Assembly (NCBI GenBank): GCA_002633005.1
Contig: NMRA01000498.1
Coordinates: forward strand, 113,772 to 177,771
Direction of reading: 5' to 3'
Source of the DNA: Phoronis australis
Lineage: Eukaryota; Animalia; Phoronida
Length of the DNA: 64,000 bases
A program made the translations under genes and the position numbers. A model generated the notes under the pieces. The model worked only from the letters and a program-made list of their open reading frames with translations. It ran no database searches and was not told the origin of the DNA. Numbering within the stretch: position 1 is the first letter of the stretch; each line of letters begins with the position of its first letter. Positions 36,601 to 50,700 of this stretch are shown one piece after another.

Positions 36601-39600
36601 ATTGTTTCACAACAGCTATCTGTCAGCAAACACTGAATTAACATGTGCTCACAGGGCCTCGGTGTCCGGTCAATTACCTTTATTGCCAGCATCAAAAGCC
36701 GGTAACGCTGTGGTTTATTCATTGCTAGCTTCTCAACATTTGCACTCACGAACACTCCAAAGGCATTACAAATTGTATCTAATGAGACAGACTTTGTTTT
36801 GGTTTTATATAAGCATTGGTTAGGGTGAGAATAATTCATTTAGAAACAGAACGAATATTAAATGTCTACGATTGCCCGGTGCCAATCCCGACTTGGTCAA
36901 GAGCTCATCCGACGAAGACTTCATCGGTCGGATTGTTAGGTTTCACAGGCAATCAGTTCGAACCGGAATACACTGATCAAGAAATACTAGAGAGGCGCTG
37001 TGAACATGCATAGGCAACGAAAAATATGGATAGTTCTTTGGTAAGCCGGAATTCGTCAGAGAAATCACTGTCAACGAAATGCCGACCACAGACACGGAGA
37101 TGTTTCACGGCCTCATACTTGCTATTAACAGCCTATCTTTCATTCTCCACTACCGCGAGCCACTTCCTAAGCTTTTCGAGCTCTCGAGGAAGTCGAAAAA
37201 AACGATATACCCGCTTTTTTCTCAGCTTCATACTTCGGACAAGCATGAGCGATGCACCGCAATATAGTGGCATTCACTCTGCAGACGAACCACTGACGTC
37301 GCTGCGTCGTTTTTCACCTCCCTCAGAGGTTAACGCGACACCTCTCGGCAAGGTGAGGTCGACCGTATAAGAGGCGATGTGGTTATAGACCGATTAAGAC
37401 GGTAAAAAAGACTAATTAAATCAGGTAGCATTCTCCTTTAACTTAACACTTTGCCCAGTGGGCGATGCTGGGATGTCCATAGGATGGCTTTAGATGACTA
37501 AATGTAATCTGTTTTGCTGGACCACTGCTAAATTAGGTGTCCGAGTATCGCCTCGTTGCTGCCACTTGAACTGCTCTGAAAATATGCTGATGGAGGAATT
37601 TAATGTATTTAATAAGTAAATGCTAATTAAATCAACTCTCAAAGCATTGCTTTATGCATTTTTCAGATTACTCATAGGATGGAGATTTTGGACCATTTCT
37701 ACACAAAATTCGACAAAAGTTTCGTTGCCAGTCTTTGTAAAGAACTCGCTCGTGGGGCCAAAGACCTGCAAGATCCGTTATGTTTGCACGTATTTAAGAA
37801 AGCAGGATATTGCCTTGCCAGGCACATATTGGCTGTGGTACCCAATGCACAAAAGGTGATTTGTTTAGTGTACTCTGTGGAATCTGTGAATTCTAATAAC
37901 AATTACTATGTATTTTTTTAATTGTGTTAATTTTGCATATTGAAAGATGTGAAGTCTGATTTTATGTTCTATTTGCTAACTCTGTTATTACCTAGATTTC
38001 AAGGACTTACTAACACCTACATTGTTATTGAATTTACTTGGAGCAGGAAGGGGTGAAGACTTTCTGCTAGTCCTGATACGCTTTTGACACGATAAAGATG
38101 GTGTTGTGAAAAGACAAGTTTCACTGCTTTCATTCTTGCTTTTCACACTAAAATACAGAGATTTGTTGAAGAATACATGTTTTATTTTAGTACCTCAGTG
38201 TACAGGTGAACACCAGTATTAAATTTTTTGTTCGCTTTCGAGGAGTCGTCAAAAGCGCACGTTTCTAACATTTCGTAAGAACAGAGAAAATGTGAACAAT
38301 GGCTTGTGTTTACAAGTGACTTGTGGTCTCGTGATCTTCTGAGTATAAGAAACTATCTCAAAAACAAATAGTAAACAAACACAACTTCATTGTACAGTAA
38401 CATTCTGTCAGGCTTAGATTGCTTGTTTGACAAACAACTGAGAAGGTACCAGTGTGTTTGGTTCAAAAAAATGCTTTTTCGGGCAATTTTTTCATTTTAA
38501 AATAAATAATGTACGAGCTTGCTGTACCTAGGAACTGCTAGAGACACCTGGTGGCCTGCAAGTGGTGTGTGTAGGAAACGTTTGGAATAGTTGGGCAATA
38601 ATGAAGGATGGTAAGTGTTGTCTTGGTAACAGTTTGGTTAGAGATAGTTGCACAGGATGTGTTTCGATAAAGTGGTTCAAAAGTAGGTAATGTTAACCCA
38701 TACAGTGCTGATGAGGTCAAGTCAGTTGAAGTCTCAAACTTCAAAATTGAATAAATCATGCGGGTGTCTCCTACTGTTCAATCTGTGCACTAAATGGCGT
38801 TAATTGTAATTAGGAGAACTCATGGTATCGGAGAACAAAAACTAAGAATTCCACTCCAGACATGAAACAAAATTATGTTTTTCAAATGTGGTACATGTTA
38901 CGTTAAAGTGGCCCAATAAATGAGCGTTTCATTGAAGAAACTAACTTTTGATTTTGGCCACTTACCCCTATGAAATTGACTGCAACTGTTCCTCTTTTTT
39001 GGTTTTGATTTTCATTTTAATGATTTCCAGTTTCCTCTTTTTTTCTTCTCTTCTTTTATCATTATTTTGACTTTATTTATGCAAAAATTTTTTTCTTGCA
39101 GTTAAATTATACAAGACAAAAAATATTTCTATCACGTAACTCTATTTGTAGAACGATACTTCACCTGGAAAATTTTCCTCTTTCATGGGGCATTCCAATC
39201 CCTGATAGAGGCTAACTAGTGTATTTATTGAAATCAGACAAATCCCTGGATATTTAATAGATATTGAAGAGAATGTAATTTTCAACCAGACCATAATTAA
39301 ACTGAACGTTGAATGGTAATGTTTTAATTTACAAGGATTACATCTGCCAACGTGACTTTTACGCCTGTTTCTTGACTTATCAGCTCTTCTTTTTGGCTAT
39401 TAAGTAACTTGATTGATAAACTTAAAAATCTTGAATTGGTGTAGAAAAATGAAACTTTGCTAAAATTATCGCAGTTCTACATGCAAGTAAATATCTGATG
39501 GTTTTTAATGTTGTCGCCTTGGCCCTAAAGTGACATATTAATTTAATCCCTCAGCAAAACCGTGGCACATTCACGCTCTTTCAGATAATAATAATAATAA

Positions 39601-39819
39601 TAACAATAACATCTCCCAGTAGCCCATACTGTTGTTATTTCAGGATTTCTGGAAGGTTTGACGTCACGAGATGATGCCAGGGTGGCTGAACTCAGTTTAG
39701 TCCGTCTCCAAGTGTCGGGAGCCATCGGTGCAGCCTATCTAGGAGCAGAGGACATAGGTGCAAAAATTGAAATAGACTACAACAAAAATGTGCATGTGTT
39801 TTTTCACCATAAATTTTAG
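27668..39819 (+). CDS. NAGK: N-acetyl-D-glucosamine kinase, 340 aa
   Basis: Exons 27668-27696, 29246-29330, 29909-30007, 32246-32390, 33560-33667, 35073-35185, 37667-37855, 38532-38610 and 39644-39819. Total 1023 nt, all GT-AG with consistent phases. Motifs: [75 protein letters not shown]. Confidence 0.96.
27836..28370. mobile_element. Diverged copy of the TIR-element family also found at 55041 and 55531
   Basis: Starts agacagtaccac...ctcagctggccccagtggag, similar to the MITE TIR. Shares tttaactcttcccagcttgaac and flanking blocks with ~55700-55830. The right boundary is uncertain. Confidence 0.6.
32367..32760 (+). repeat. 65-68-bp minisatellite, about 6 copies, built from the NAGK exon 4/intron 4 junction
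   Basis: Units start at 32367, 32435, 32500, 32568, 32636 and 32701. Each carries the exon 3' end plus GTGAGT. Confidence 0.93.
35747..37437 (+). mobile_element. Non-autonomous Kolobok-like DNA transposon with a decayed P2X7-C-terminus-like (KolX-type) ORF
   Basis: TTAA|GGAGAATGCCACC ... GGTAGCATTCTCCT|TTAA gives TIRs and a TTAA target site. Internal fragments read [13 protein letters not shown] and PLTS/CVV (frameshifted PLPSCVV). A ~57-bp internal tandem duplication lies at 36224-36325. Confidence 0.7.
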
Positions 39820-42800
39820 TCAAAATATTTTTAGTATGCTTCTGCAAAAATTACCTAGAGTACGTTAGCTTTCAGCTCAACATTCCATAACTGTTTACAC
39901 AAAAGCTATCAGGTTACCAACCACAATAGCTGAATCTGCAAGTAGATTTAGCGACGGTTGCATTGATATAGCTACCGTAGATTTGCGCAGTTTTTAGCGC
40001 GTATTGTCCATCTTGGTAAAATTATATAGTAGATTTTGGTTGCAGGCGTCAGTTTATAAAAGTTTTATAAAATGACTTGGCAGTGTTAAGATTTAACTTC
40101 TCTTCCGTAGTTTCAGGGTTAAGCGGTGAAGATCTGGGGGTCACCTATGTGGGGTTTACAGAATATTTGTAACATGGTCTAGAGATGTGTTAAATCTCAC
40201 ACTGGTATTTTTATTAGTTATGGTGAAGGGATGCACAGGTTCACCCGCATGTCTGAAATGGATACTTTTGCGACCTCTGTAGATGCAAAAATGTTTGTTG
40301 TCAGTTGTACTGCAAAACTGTCAAACATGAAGCGTAACTGCTCCATGTGTATTGTTGGGGTAATTTTGCCTGTTGCATTGTGCCAGATTGTTTAAGCTGT
40401 TGAAACATAGTTGAAACGAAAGAATTGCAATTTATTGCTGGCTGAATTTCTGATTCCAATCACTGATGAAATGTGACTAGATTCTTTGAAGTTGAAATGT
40501 ATGTAATTAGCCAGCATAATCGACAGCATATTGTTGTGACGGACTCACAAACCAATGGTGACTCAGTTCAGCCGAGATTAACGAACTTTTAATGCCTACT
40601 AAATCAGGAGGGAAAACCTCACATTAAAGACGTCTGAATTTTTAGTCTGTTTTGCTGAAAATTTAAAAGTTCTTTTGTTGAAAACTAATTAGTGTTCTTT
40701 GGTTTCAACCGTGAATATTCCGTGCTCACTGCTGCTAATTTTCAGGGCAAAATTCACGCACCTCATTGTCTGTCATTTATTACACGCCCAGCACCAGATC
40801 ACCATAAACCATTCTTAGGCTTTGCTTGGCCAAAATGAATGTTAGCCTCAGTTTTGTGAGGAGCCAGTCGGCAGAATACGTAAGCTCAATTGCTTATAAA
40901 CTGTGCGCATATTGCCAAGTTTGTACACGAATCTCACACCTTCTCTGTGTAAGGTATGGTGCTTTTGAGTTTTCGTCCATCAGGTTTGGTAAGATGACAA
41001 TGTCTGGGCTCCATACGCTGGCAGGTGGCAGAACGGGTCATCAGTCCATTTTGACTGTTTGCTATAATGCTTTGCATAGTGAGATTCTTTAGTCAGCTCA
41101 GTTCTTTCTTTGTTCTCATTTTTGAGCAAGGGGTACAGAAATGTATCCAACATTACGAATAGCTCAACATTTAGTTCACAGGGTTACAGTCTTGGTTGTG
41201 TTTTGTCACAGATTTCCATGTGCAAGCCTGGGGGTGTTAGCAGATGCGTGGTACTTGTGTGAAAGTCTTAGTCTCCCATTTCCTGTGAATTAGGCAAAAG
41301 CTTTGGGGTTCTAGCATTCTTATTTTCCTCAAATACGCACCCTAGGTGTACTTTCGCGAACATTTTCTCAACTGCCTGCCTACTCAGGTAGTATATTCGG
41401 CTGGGCTTGCACATGGAAATCTCTATAAAGTGCTGAAGGGTTCCTAAAAGAGTAACTTTCTGTTTGAAATAATGTGTTTATTCTATGCTCAGTGCAAGTA
41501 TTCTAGGCATAGAAATAGTCATTCAATGTAGACTAATGGTCTGTTGCCTGCACATATATCAGTGCATGTACTTTATTTGTGGTATGTACTGAACTATGTC
41601 CTAAAGACGTAGGATCAGAAACACTCATAATCGGGTGCTCTCATCAAACTGTTGGGGTCAGTGAATGCCTTACAATTCAAGTTTTGAGGTTAAGGGTTAG
41701 TATAAAGGGCCACTATGGGGGTTGTAAATTCGGCCGTTCTGAATTCTGCTAGTGTCAGTGCCATTTCTAAAGTCATTGAATGAATGGCATCCCTGAGTAA
41801 TGAATCAAATCAATTGACTTTTTTATTAAAACTTACTTGTTGCTCACAATATCAAGGGCACTTTATTGTTAACGTGGTTTCTAGAAATTAACAACTATCT
41901 TTTCAAAAAAGTCCTTGCAAGCACGGGTTGGACAGTCTAAGTATGCTCACTGGAATGGGAAGGCATAGGGCAATGTCCCTATTTGATTAAACAATTTTTA
42001 CCCATAGAATAACTTATTCTCAGCGTAGAATTTATTTTTTACACCCACAAAAGTACTCGTTTACGAACCCTTTGGCGTTTCATCAATCTCCAGAAGATAT
42101 AATCGTATTTCAACTATTTTGTTTTTGTGGCAGTATTTTCATAATATAATTCATTTTCATTTGGAATTTTCTCTTGCATGAATTTCTGTGCACGATTTCC
42201 ACAAATGCTTCAAACCAAACACTACAGCACCTGCAAACTTGCCTTCCATCACTGGTCCCAAATTGCTGCGTAGACAAATCGGAGGTTATTTTTGAGCTTG
42301 AAAAGAGCCGACAGTTTGCTAATGCTTAAGACACTGCTCTATAGGTGGCGCCATGTGTCATTTTGTGGTGAGCATGATCTCGAGAAATAATGAACTGTCA
42401 GTTCTTTGTGAGCCCAGAAATTACTTCTCAGTTGAGATTTGATTTTGTAGCCGCCTAAATCAACTTTGCTTTCTTGATGGAACGCAAGTTTAATTCCGTT
42501 TTAAATACAAAATATGTAACAGCAGCAGTTTAGTATTTGTTTTTTTTTATTGTATTCTTTATCCACTATCAGGACCATTAATGTGAAAATCCAAAATCAA
42601 TGGCTTGCACATAATTGTGTTTTTTCTGTTACTTTTATACTCTTGACATAAAGTCTGATAATTTCATTAATTTTATTTATCTATACAATAAAAATTGTAA
42701 AAACCAGTTTTATTTGCATCTCAAAATAAAATACAATGACCATACCTGCTAATATAGCAGAGCAGTAGCACTTTGATGACATGATAACTGCAATGGTTTG

Positions 42801-44702
42801 TTGAACAGCTATGAAATCCTGCCCTTTCATATCTCTATTGACCTTTAACTGGTAGTGAAAATTGACGAATGTGCATCCCAGAGCATTTGTGGGATACTCA
42901 ATTCGTGGAAGACAAGTCGAGTGTCGCACAAGCGATCATCTGCTCAACGAGCTGACAGCAGGCCTGTATACTCATATCTATGGTAACTTCTGGATGCTTG
43001 AAAATGAAGTGATCTCTCAGAAAACGCATCCATGTCTACTGGCCATGCTGCTTGGGATGACTGCTGTCCCACAATCCTTTATGTACATGGCATCTCTTAT
43101 CAGGAACAAGGGCAATTGAAATACTGCAGGTGATAAATGGCTGTCCAACACAAAGTTATGAATTGCCATCTCGTCTTAATGACAGTTCATTTGTTACTTG
43201 ACTTCCAAGGAATGTGATTTGATTTAGACAAAGAAAAAAGCATCATGAAAGTCTCTAGGCATCAAGAAGGATTTCGAGAAACTTTCATCGTTGACAAAGA
43301 AATGCCTGCTTATCATCATTTTTAGCAAAAATCTCTAAATCAATTTGACATACCCCCTCAACATTACATGAATTCTGTATTTACAGGGTCTACTCCGATC
43401 CTTCACAGACGGCCCATATCCTTTGCCCAAGGTTAATTTAGTGGAAACGATTTCATTGCCATTCCTTGGCATATCGCTAATTAAAAGCTGTTGAAATCAA
43501 CTCTCTGGTACCCATGCTTTGCGTTAGGATATGAAATAAAAGCAACATACAAACGCAAGAACAAAGAAAATCGCAGGATGCTCCGTAAGACGGAGTAGAC
43601 TTGATAATAATGCATTTTTTAACACGGAAACCATTAAATGGAAGCAATTACAAAGACAGTTGGACTTCGGGTGAGAATATGGCACAATTCAAAAATCAAA
43701 AATGGCCTGCAGAATGACAACCAACAGCAACACTGAAACATACTGAGAACACCGTAAGTTAAGAGAGACTTGCAAACACCCAACGTTTGTGATGTATATG
43801 CTAAGACACCAGGTTGAGAGAAATGGACTTTTTCGAGAATTTTTGAAGGCACACAAACAATATTCAAGCAGCGGTTTCATGTTGAATGTCAAAGCAATTC
43901 CGTCAAGGACTTAAGATTAAGAGCCACAAGTAGTTTCAGCGGGATCAACCCGGACGTCTTGCAGCTTTAGTGGTTAGTGAGGCCTACAGAATTTTGCTTG
44001 GGGTATTATTACATAGATTTGACAGCGCAGTAAGAACCAAAGCAATGTAACCATCCTGTCGATTCCAACTCGCTTCATAATTTACTGACATAGATTTGAA
44101 GTTCATAATTATACCTCTAATTTTGCCAAATGCATGTTTAAAGCTGACGGGTAAAATTTCCCTACCTGGAAACAATCAAGACACCAGCATAAACATGGCT
44201 AGGCTAAGCATGTCATGTTCCTCAGAATTAGCATAAACAATATTTTGCAGAATATTTCTTGTCCCTCCAAAGAAAATTTAAAGAGGCATTAAACCAGACA
44301 AAGAGTGCTTTCTGTCAAAAAATCAACTTTTGATCATTTACCTTTTGAAATTATGTGTTACTTCTTCCTAAGGGCTGAGATAACTATTAAACTGAGTAAG
44401 TAACCACACAAGACCAATTTTATTGTAAGTGGCCTAAATCAGAACTTGTTATTTTGACATAAACACGGTTTAAATGCCGCTTTAACTACAGATGCATACA
44501 AAATTAAAATTGATATTCCTCATTACTTGAATACACTGGGTACTTTTGCCACAATAATTACAAAAAATAAAAACAAATGACACCGTTTCATTGACCAAAA
44601 TTATATTAAAACCACCTTTCCCAAATTAAAACCCAAGACTAACTCAGCACCAGTCTCAGTTTCGCACACCAGTCCATCACCGCAAGCAAGAAGTGTGACC
44701 CT

Positions 44703-47700
44703 TCAGACCACCTTGTTCACGACTTTTCCGATTTCATCAATTTCGCACTCCACTACGTCTCCCCTCTACAAAAAAAACCTGAAACTTATCAAGAAGCACA
44801 ACACAGTGAATCCATTGTGTGAAGGTGTGACCAATTATCACAATTATATAAAACAATTTAAAAAATGTATCTTTGGACGGAAACTTAACCGGATTTCGCA
44901 TCAAAACTTTTTAAAGTCTCTTTCTATGGATTAAGATCCATGTTCCGATTTCCTCACAATTTTTGTATGACAAAAATTGAGAAAAAGCTAAATGAAATAT
45001 ATCAAGTTTTCTGAAAACAACTTTACACTAACTTCATGAAACCTAACGCTGGCGCCATAATGAAATACAATAGAACTTTTAAAACTCGACTTCCATGAAG
45101 CTTGAAGTTTCTTAATAGAAACCAGTTTCTGATCGAAGCCAGGAACAAAGGAACACAAAACTTAATGAAACAATTGGTGTCCAACAGAAGCCATGTTTCT
45201 AATAGAAGCCATGTCTTCAAACCAACAATTACTGGTTGAGCTCCCGCAGATATGACACGACCTTCGAGCGATTTTTTCCATTTGTGATCCTAGTTTCAGT
45301 CAAGTTAGTAGAGATTAACAAATGGTGGATCTCTAATAAGCTCCAGTCTCTAACAGAAACTGGGTCAGGATCAGGTCTCACATTAATCAAACACTCAGAT
45401 TTTCAAAGTAATCTAAAAAGTAAGTATACCATCATTTTTTCACATAATTTTCAGGACATTGATAACTGTCAGAGATTGACTGTGGGTTTGTTTAAAAGGT
45501 AGCTATGCTTTGAGATTGTGCGTAGATGGAGAGAGAATGATTAAATCCATTAATTTAGTATATGATAACCACTAATTAGACAAGTGAAACCTGTTGTTAA
45601 TTAAGTAATCAACTCCAAAGAAGAGTAACTACGCTAGCACCCTCTTTAAAGATTACTTTAATCAATCAACCAAAATAATCAAATGTCCTCTGCTGTCCAA
45701 GCTGTAAGATTCTCCACGTGCTGTTTTGATTCAGTGATATCTCCTTTCTTTAAAGGTCAACATAAATCAGACAAACCTTTCCCTTAGCTGCAGACTAGGC
45801 ATGCACTGAAGAAAAGTTTACAGGCATACAGATACATTCAACTGCAGCTGTCAACAAACTAGACATGCACTAACCTTTAAAAATTCAGGAGGTTTTCTAA
45901 AAACCCCGACACCAGGTGGAGTCCCTGTCAGTATGATGTCACCAGGCCTTAAAGTGAACAACCTGATGGGAAGAATGAAAAACGTACAAAAACATAAAAA
46001 TTGCTTTCGGAATTCTGGTTTAAATTTGATTCATTGCAAAATTCAATACTTCAACTTGATGTGTTACAGTCACAATACACATCACATGATGAATGTCTTC
46101 GGTAGCACTACGGTAGAAACAAAAGATTTTATTTTTGTGTCATTGGAAGGAATTTTAGATTTTGTGAAACAACAGTTACTAGTAAGAGTCTAGAAAACCC
46201 AAACTATTGACCTATTCCACACCTAAACTGCACAGAGTGACTGACGCATAAATAAATTTAGTCAACTTAGTTCTTAGTCTGTGTCAGAAAGCATGGTTAA
46301 CACTAAAATCTCATCAAATGAGAACACAAATAATTATCAAAAATGCCCTTTTTGTCTCACGGAAGCTACATGGTTAAGACAAACACTTGTTAAGCATTAT
46401 TGCTACTTATTATGTCTTAAACTGGAGAGACTACCGTTGTATTACTTGTCCATTAGATAAGTTCCTATATAACAGAAACTTAAGGAACTAGTAATGGTTG
46501 TTTCACACAATCTAAAATTCTTACAAATGACACGAAAATAAATGTAAGCTTTATCTAGGCACTTAAGTCATAGCGCAGTTACATTGTGACAGATTGTCTT
46601 GAGTAGCCAGCTCATCTAATGGGGCAGTCCAAATTCTTGAACAAGTCTTTGATCAGCAGGTACCACATGAATTCACGCCTGCACACATTAAATTTGTGGT
46701 GTTAACGATAACAATTGCCTAACTAATCCGAACGTTTATTTCATTTTTCACCATTTTGGCTCAAATCATTGAAACTAATCTGAGTATCCAGATGTTATTG
46801 ATTGACGGCCATTTTGCATAAATAATGATCATCAGTCTACAAGTCGTCTGCTGCAGTTTTAACGCTTGGACTTACTTGGATGTAAAAGCTAGTAGAGCCT
46901 CTGTCTTGAAGACCAATTGCTCTGTATTGCTGTCTTGCTTTGTGACACCGTTCACACGGCAACGGATTCCCAGCTTGTGTGGATTGGATATTGCCTCCTT
47001 AGTCACAATAGCAGGTGCAAGAGGACAGAACGTATCCATTGTCTTTCCAACAAACCACTGTTTTCCATTGCGTTTCATCTGCCAATCACGTGCTGACACA
47101 TCGTGGGCCACTGTGTAGCCAAACACGTAATTCATCGCCTCGGATTCCGGAATATTCTTACCAGTTTTACCAATGACTATGACAAGCTCCACTTCCCAGT
47201 CCAACTCCTGCAATGCAATACATCATCACCTCAAAGCAAACTGGCACAAAAATAATTTCAAATACTTTCATATTCATTTGTTAAACTGAATAATTTCTAC
47301 CTCGGTCTGCTTTCGGCGTGCTTGAGCTAGGCAAGTCACCTTAGAACCACGATAAGGTGGGGGTAAGTTGTCACAGTTGTGTCAAAGTGTTCATCCATCT
47401 CTGTGAAAAGTGGACTCCTTCGGGTATTTTGTTTACCAGGCCTGCTAGCAATACAATTTTACTTAATGCCTGGGGGTACTTCCATAGGCTTTTGACTAAG
47501 AAGGTGACTTTCCAAAAGGACACTTTTTCTAACAAAATTCACTTCGGGAGTTCGAAACTTTACAATAAAGGTTCCCTTTTGAACTCCACAGAACATTTTA
47601 TCTAATTTTTTTAACTCTTGTTGAAATTAAGTTGGCAGCATTGCACATCTCCTCGTACTAATTCAGGATTATAAGGTTAAATATTCATCTGTCCACGTTT

Positions 47701-50700
47701 AAAGAACTAATCCCTACAAAAGGTGATTTTTTAAAAAAAAAAATAATTGCAGGCGGTCTGATACACGTTGTACCAGACATGCGCAGGCCGCGCATGTGGG
47801 CCTATTGCTCTGATCACCTGGAACCATTTTTATGCTTTATTAATACATGGTTAAAACCGAGCTGAGAAGCTAGAAACCCGATTCAAAGGTTTAGCAGTGT
47901 GACCAAGTGGGACTCAAACCCACGACCTCGAGTAAAGAAAGCGGGCATCCATCACACTAGGCCACACTGCCTCCTCTTGGTGATGATTTTGAAGCATGGT
48001 AACTTTTTCATGGAAGCTCACTACAAAGGAGTCTTTTTCGATTTCACTCTGTATTAGGTGCATATCCTATCTCTTCAGCTCATTGTACCTCCAATCACAA
48101 AATATAGTTCCCTGAGTTTTAATGGTGTCAGCAGTACACCCTAGTGAGCATTTTTACAAACCTCGGTAACATCTGGGTAGATTAAGTCATCCCCAGAGGC
48201 AGTGATTGTGCTAGGAAACTTGTTGAATATCACTGGTTCCTTGGGTATGGGCGCATTCTGCTCCAGGCAGTGATCCACGTAGTTCATGCCAATACACACC
48301 ACTTTGTCTGGAGCCGTGATGGGAGCCAGCAGACGGACACTGCCTGCCTTCAGGACATGGCGGCCACTATCAACAACTCTGGAACAAATCAGATACATCA
48401 AGGAATTGCTTGTTCGTTCCATGCTTACAAGTATAATATGTTACATTACACCATTACAACCAAACAATTTGCATGTGTTAAAGATCCCCAATAGAAAACA
48501 GTCTTTCCAAAGTTGCAGAACCAAGTAGTGCCACCCAGTGGCCTATAATATCACAATGTGGGCAATTACCGTATTTTAGTAACAATTTGAATGTGCAAAT
48601 GTCCGCTACAAGATGTAGAAACATCACGATCCTGTATTTTTATTCTTAGTTGTTTCTGTGATATGGCGAAATACAGAGATATACATAGAGGGAAAATAAT
48701 TATACAGGCGTGCATTACAACACAATGTCAGTACGTAGCAACCCTAACATTGAACCTACAATTGACAGTATACCCATACTAGAGCCTTGGACTCTTAACA
48801 GACTATACTACGCATGCCATCTTGTTTACAGAAGCACACATGTGCAAAACCTTGCTCTCTTGAATGTGGGTGGTGACAAGTTGAAGTGATTAGTAGTGGA
48901 GGAAGCAGAAGACCAAGTTTCCATTTTTGAAAATTCATGGATTTGAAGTAGAAACGTTCATCATATAGTACTGAAATTAAATGAATTGAAGTGTTAATTG
49001 TTAGAAAATCACAATGACATGACGAGAGAGTTGTGGGGTGTAGATCATGGGTACACACTTTCTTATAAGCTAAGTTATCTTTTATCGTTTCAAAATTTTA
49101 ACCTCTTGGTCTAATTTTTTCTTACGTGATTCCACAAAGCCTGGAAACTTTGTTTTACTACATTATGTACTTGTAGGCTTTTGCAGAAATGGAAAAAAAT
49201 GAATGGAGGAACGTTATATGGAGAAAACTCGTCAATTGTGGAAACAGACTACATATTTCGCCGCAGTCAAAAAGCGTAACATACTGATGCTGCGGCGAGA
49301 TGTGGGACAATTAAGCTCCAAAAATGGGACAGTAGTGCTGACAAAAGTGGGACGATTGGCAAGTACGAACAGGAGATATTATTGCAATTGCAAAAGGCGT
49401 TGTTTGTCTTGCAGCTTGAAATGAACTCATGACTTCCATGGGGTCATTCAGCTTGAATACTTGAACATGACTTGAAAGTGACTACCTTGCAGAAAATTTG
49501 AATCTTTGAACTAGTTGACCTCAAGCTGCAGCAGGTATTTTGATTAGTTGCCAACATTTACAAATGAAAATGAAAGCACTCTGAAGAGCAACGCTTGGTG
49601 AAATCAAATAAAAATTTAAAGGTGAGGTGGATGACAAAACCCTGAGAAAGCCCTTCATGAGATATATTTATCTAGTACAAATTCGAAAAGGTTCAAACAA
49701 AGGACCGCAGAGCTAGGGCTCCACAAACATAATTAAACAAGAGCAACGCAGAGCGTTGAAATGCGCCCACAATTGCACCGCATACGGTATCCTTCTAGGG
49801 TTGTTTATTGGTACCACAAAGTGGCCAGTAGAGAGCATATATGNAACAGGAGATATTATTGCAATTGCAAAAGGCGTTGTTTGTCTTGCAGCTTGAAATG
49901 AACTCATGACTTCCATGGGGTCATTCAGCTTGAATACTTGAACATGACTTGAAAGTGACTACCTTGCAGAAAATTTGAATCTTTGAACTAGTTGACCTCA
50001 AGCTGCAGCAGGTATTTTGATTAGTTGCCAACATTTACAAATGAAAATGAAAGCACTCTGAAGAGCAACGCTTGGTGAAATCAAATAAAAATTTAAAGGT
50101 GAGGTGGATGACAAAACCCTGAGAAAGCCCTTCATGAGATATATTTATCTAGTACAAATTTGAAAAGGTTCAAACAAAGGACCGCAGAGCTAGGGCTCCA
50201 CAAACATAATTAAAAAATGGCCGTCACATCGCCATCTTGCGTCCGATTTTGCCCAAGAACAAAGTCCTTGGGCTATTGACTAAGTACACACTGTAGGTAA
50301 ATTTCATGTCAATCATAAGAAAATGCAATCTCTAGTACAAATACGATAAGTTAACAAAGTGTAGCTTTAAAAAACATCAACAAAAGAGCAGTCATTGTCA
50401 CGGATTTCCGTGATAATGTATTGTTTTTGTTTTGACACTTCGCCCATCAGCTGATTCATACTGACCGGAACCAGATGTGTCTCAGCTCAAGTGTCCAGCC
50501 ATACGTCAGAGACAGTTTGTTTACTGCAGAGTTCCTTCAACTCTGGAATTGGTCGCGTAACAGTCTGCCTTATTTAGTCTAGCTTCCTTGTGACGTGGAG
50601 TCATTTATAAATGGGAGTTGTTTGTGTTATAGTTTGGTCATTTCCTTAGTATTAGCCCACCTGTCATGGTTATTTGTCAATGTGTATATAAATGACTTGG

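Noticed and set aside
36261-36839. 192-aa minus-strand ORF
   Set aside because: Lies inside the Kolobok-like element and has no recognisable domain. Probably a chance ORF.
39586-39610. (TAA)n microsatellite
   Set aside because: Ordinary short intronic simple repeat.
47897-47972. Functional tRNA gene
   Set aside because: A and B boxes are present but the acceptor and anticodon stems do not pair, so it is treated as a SINE head.
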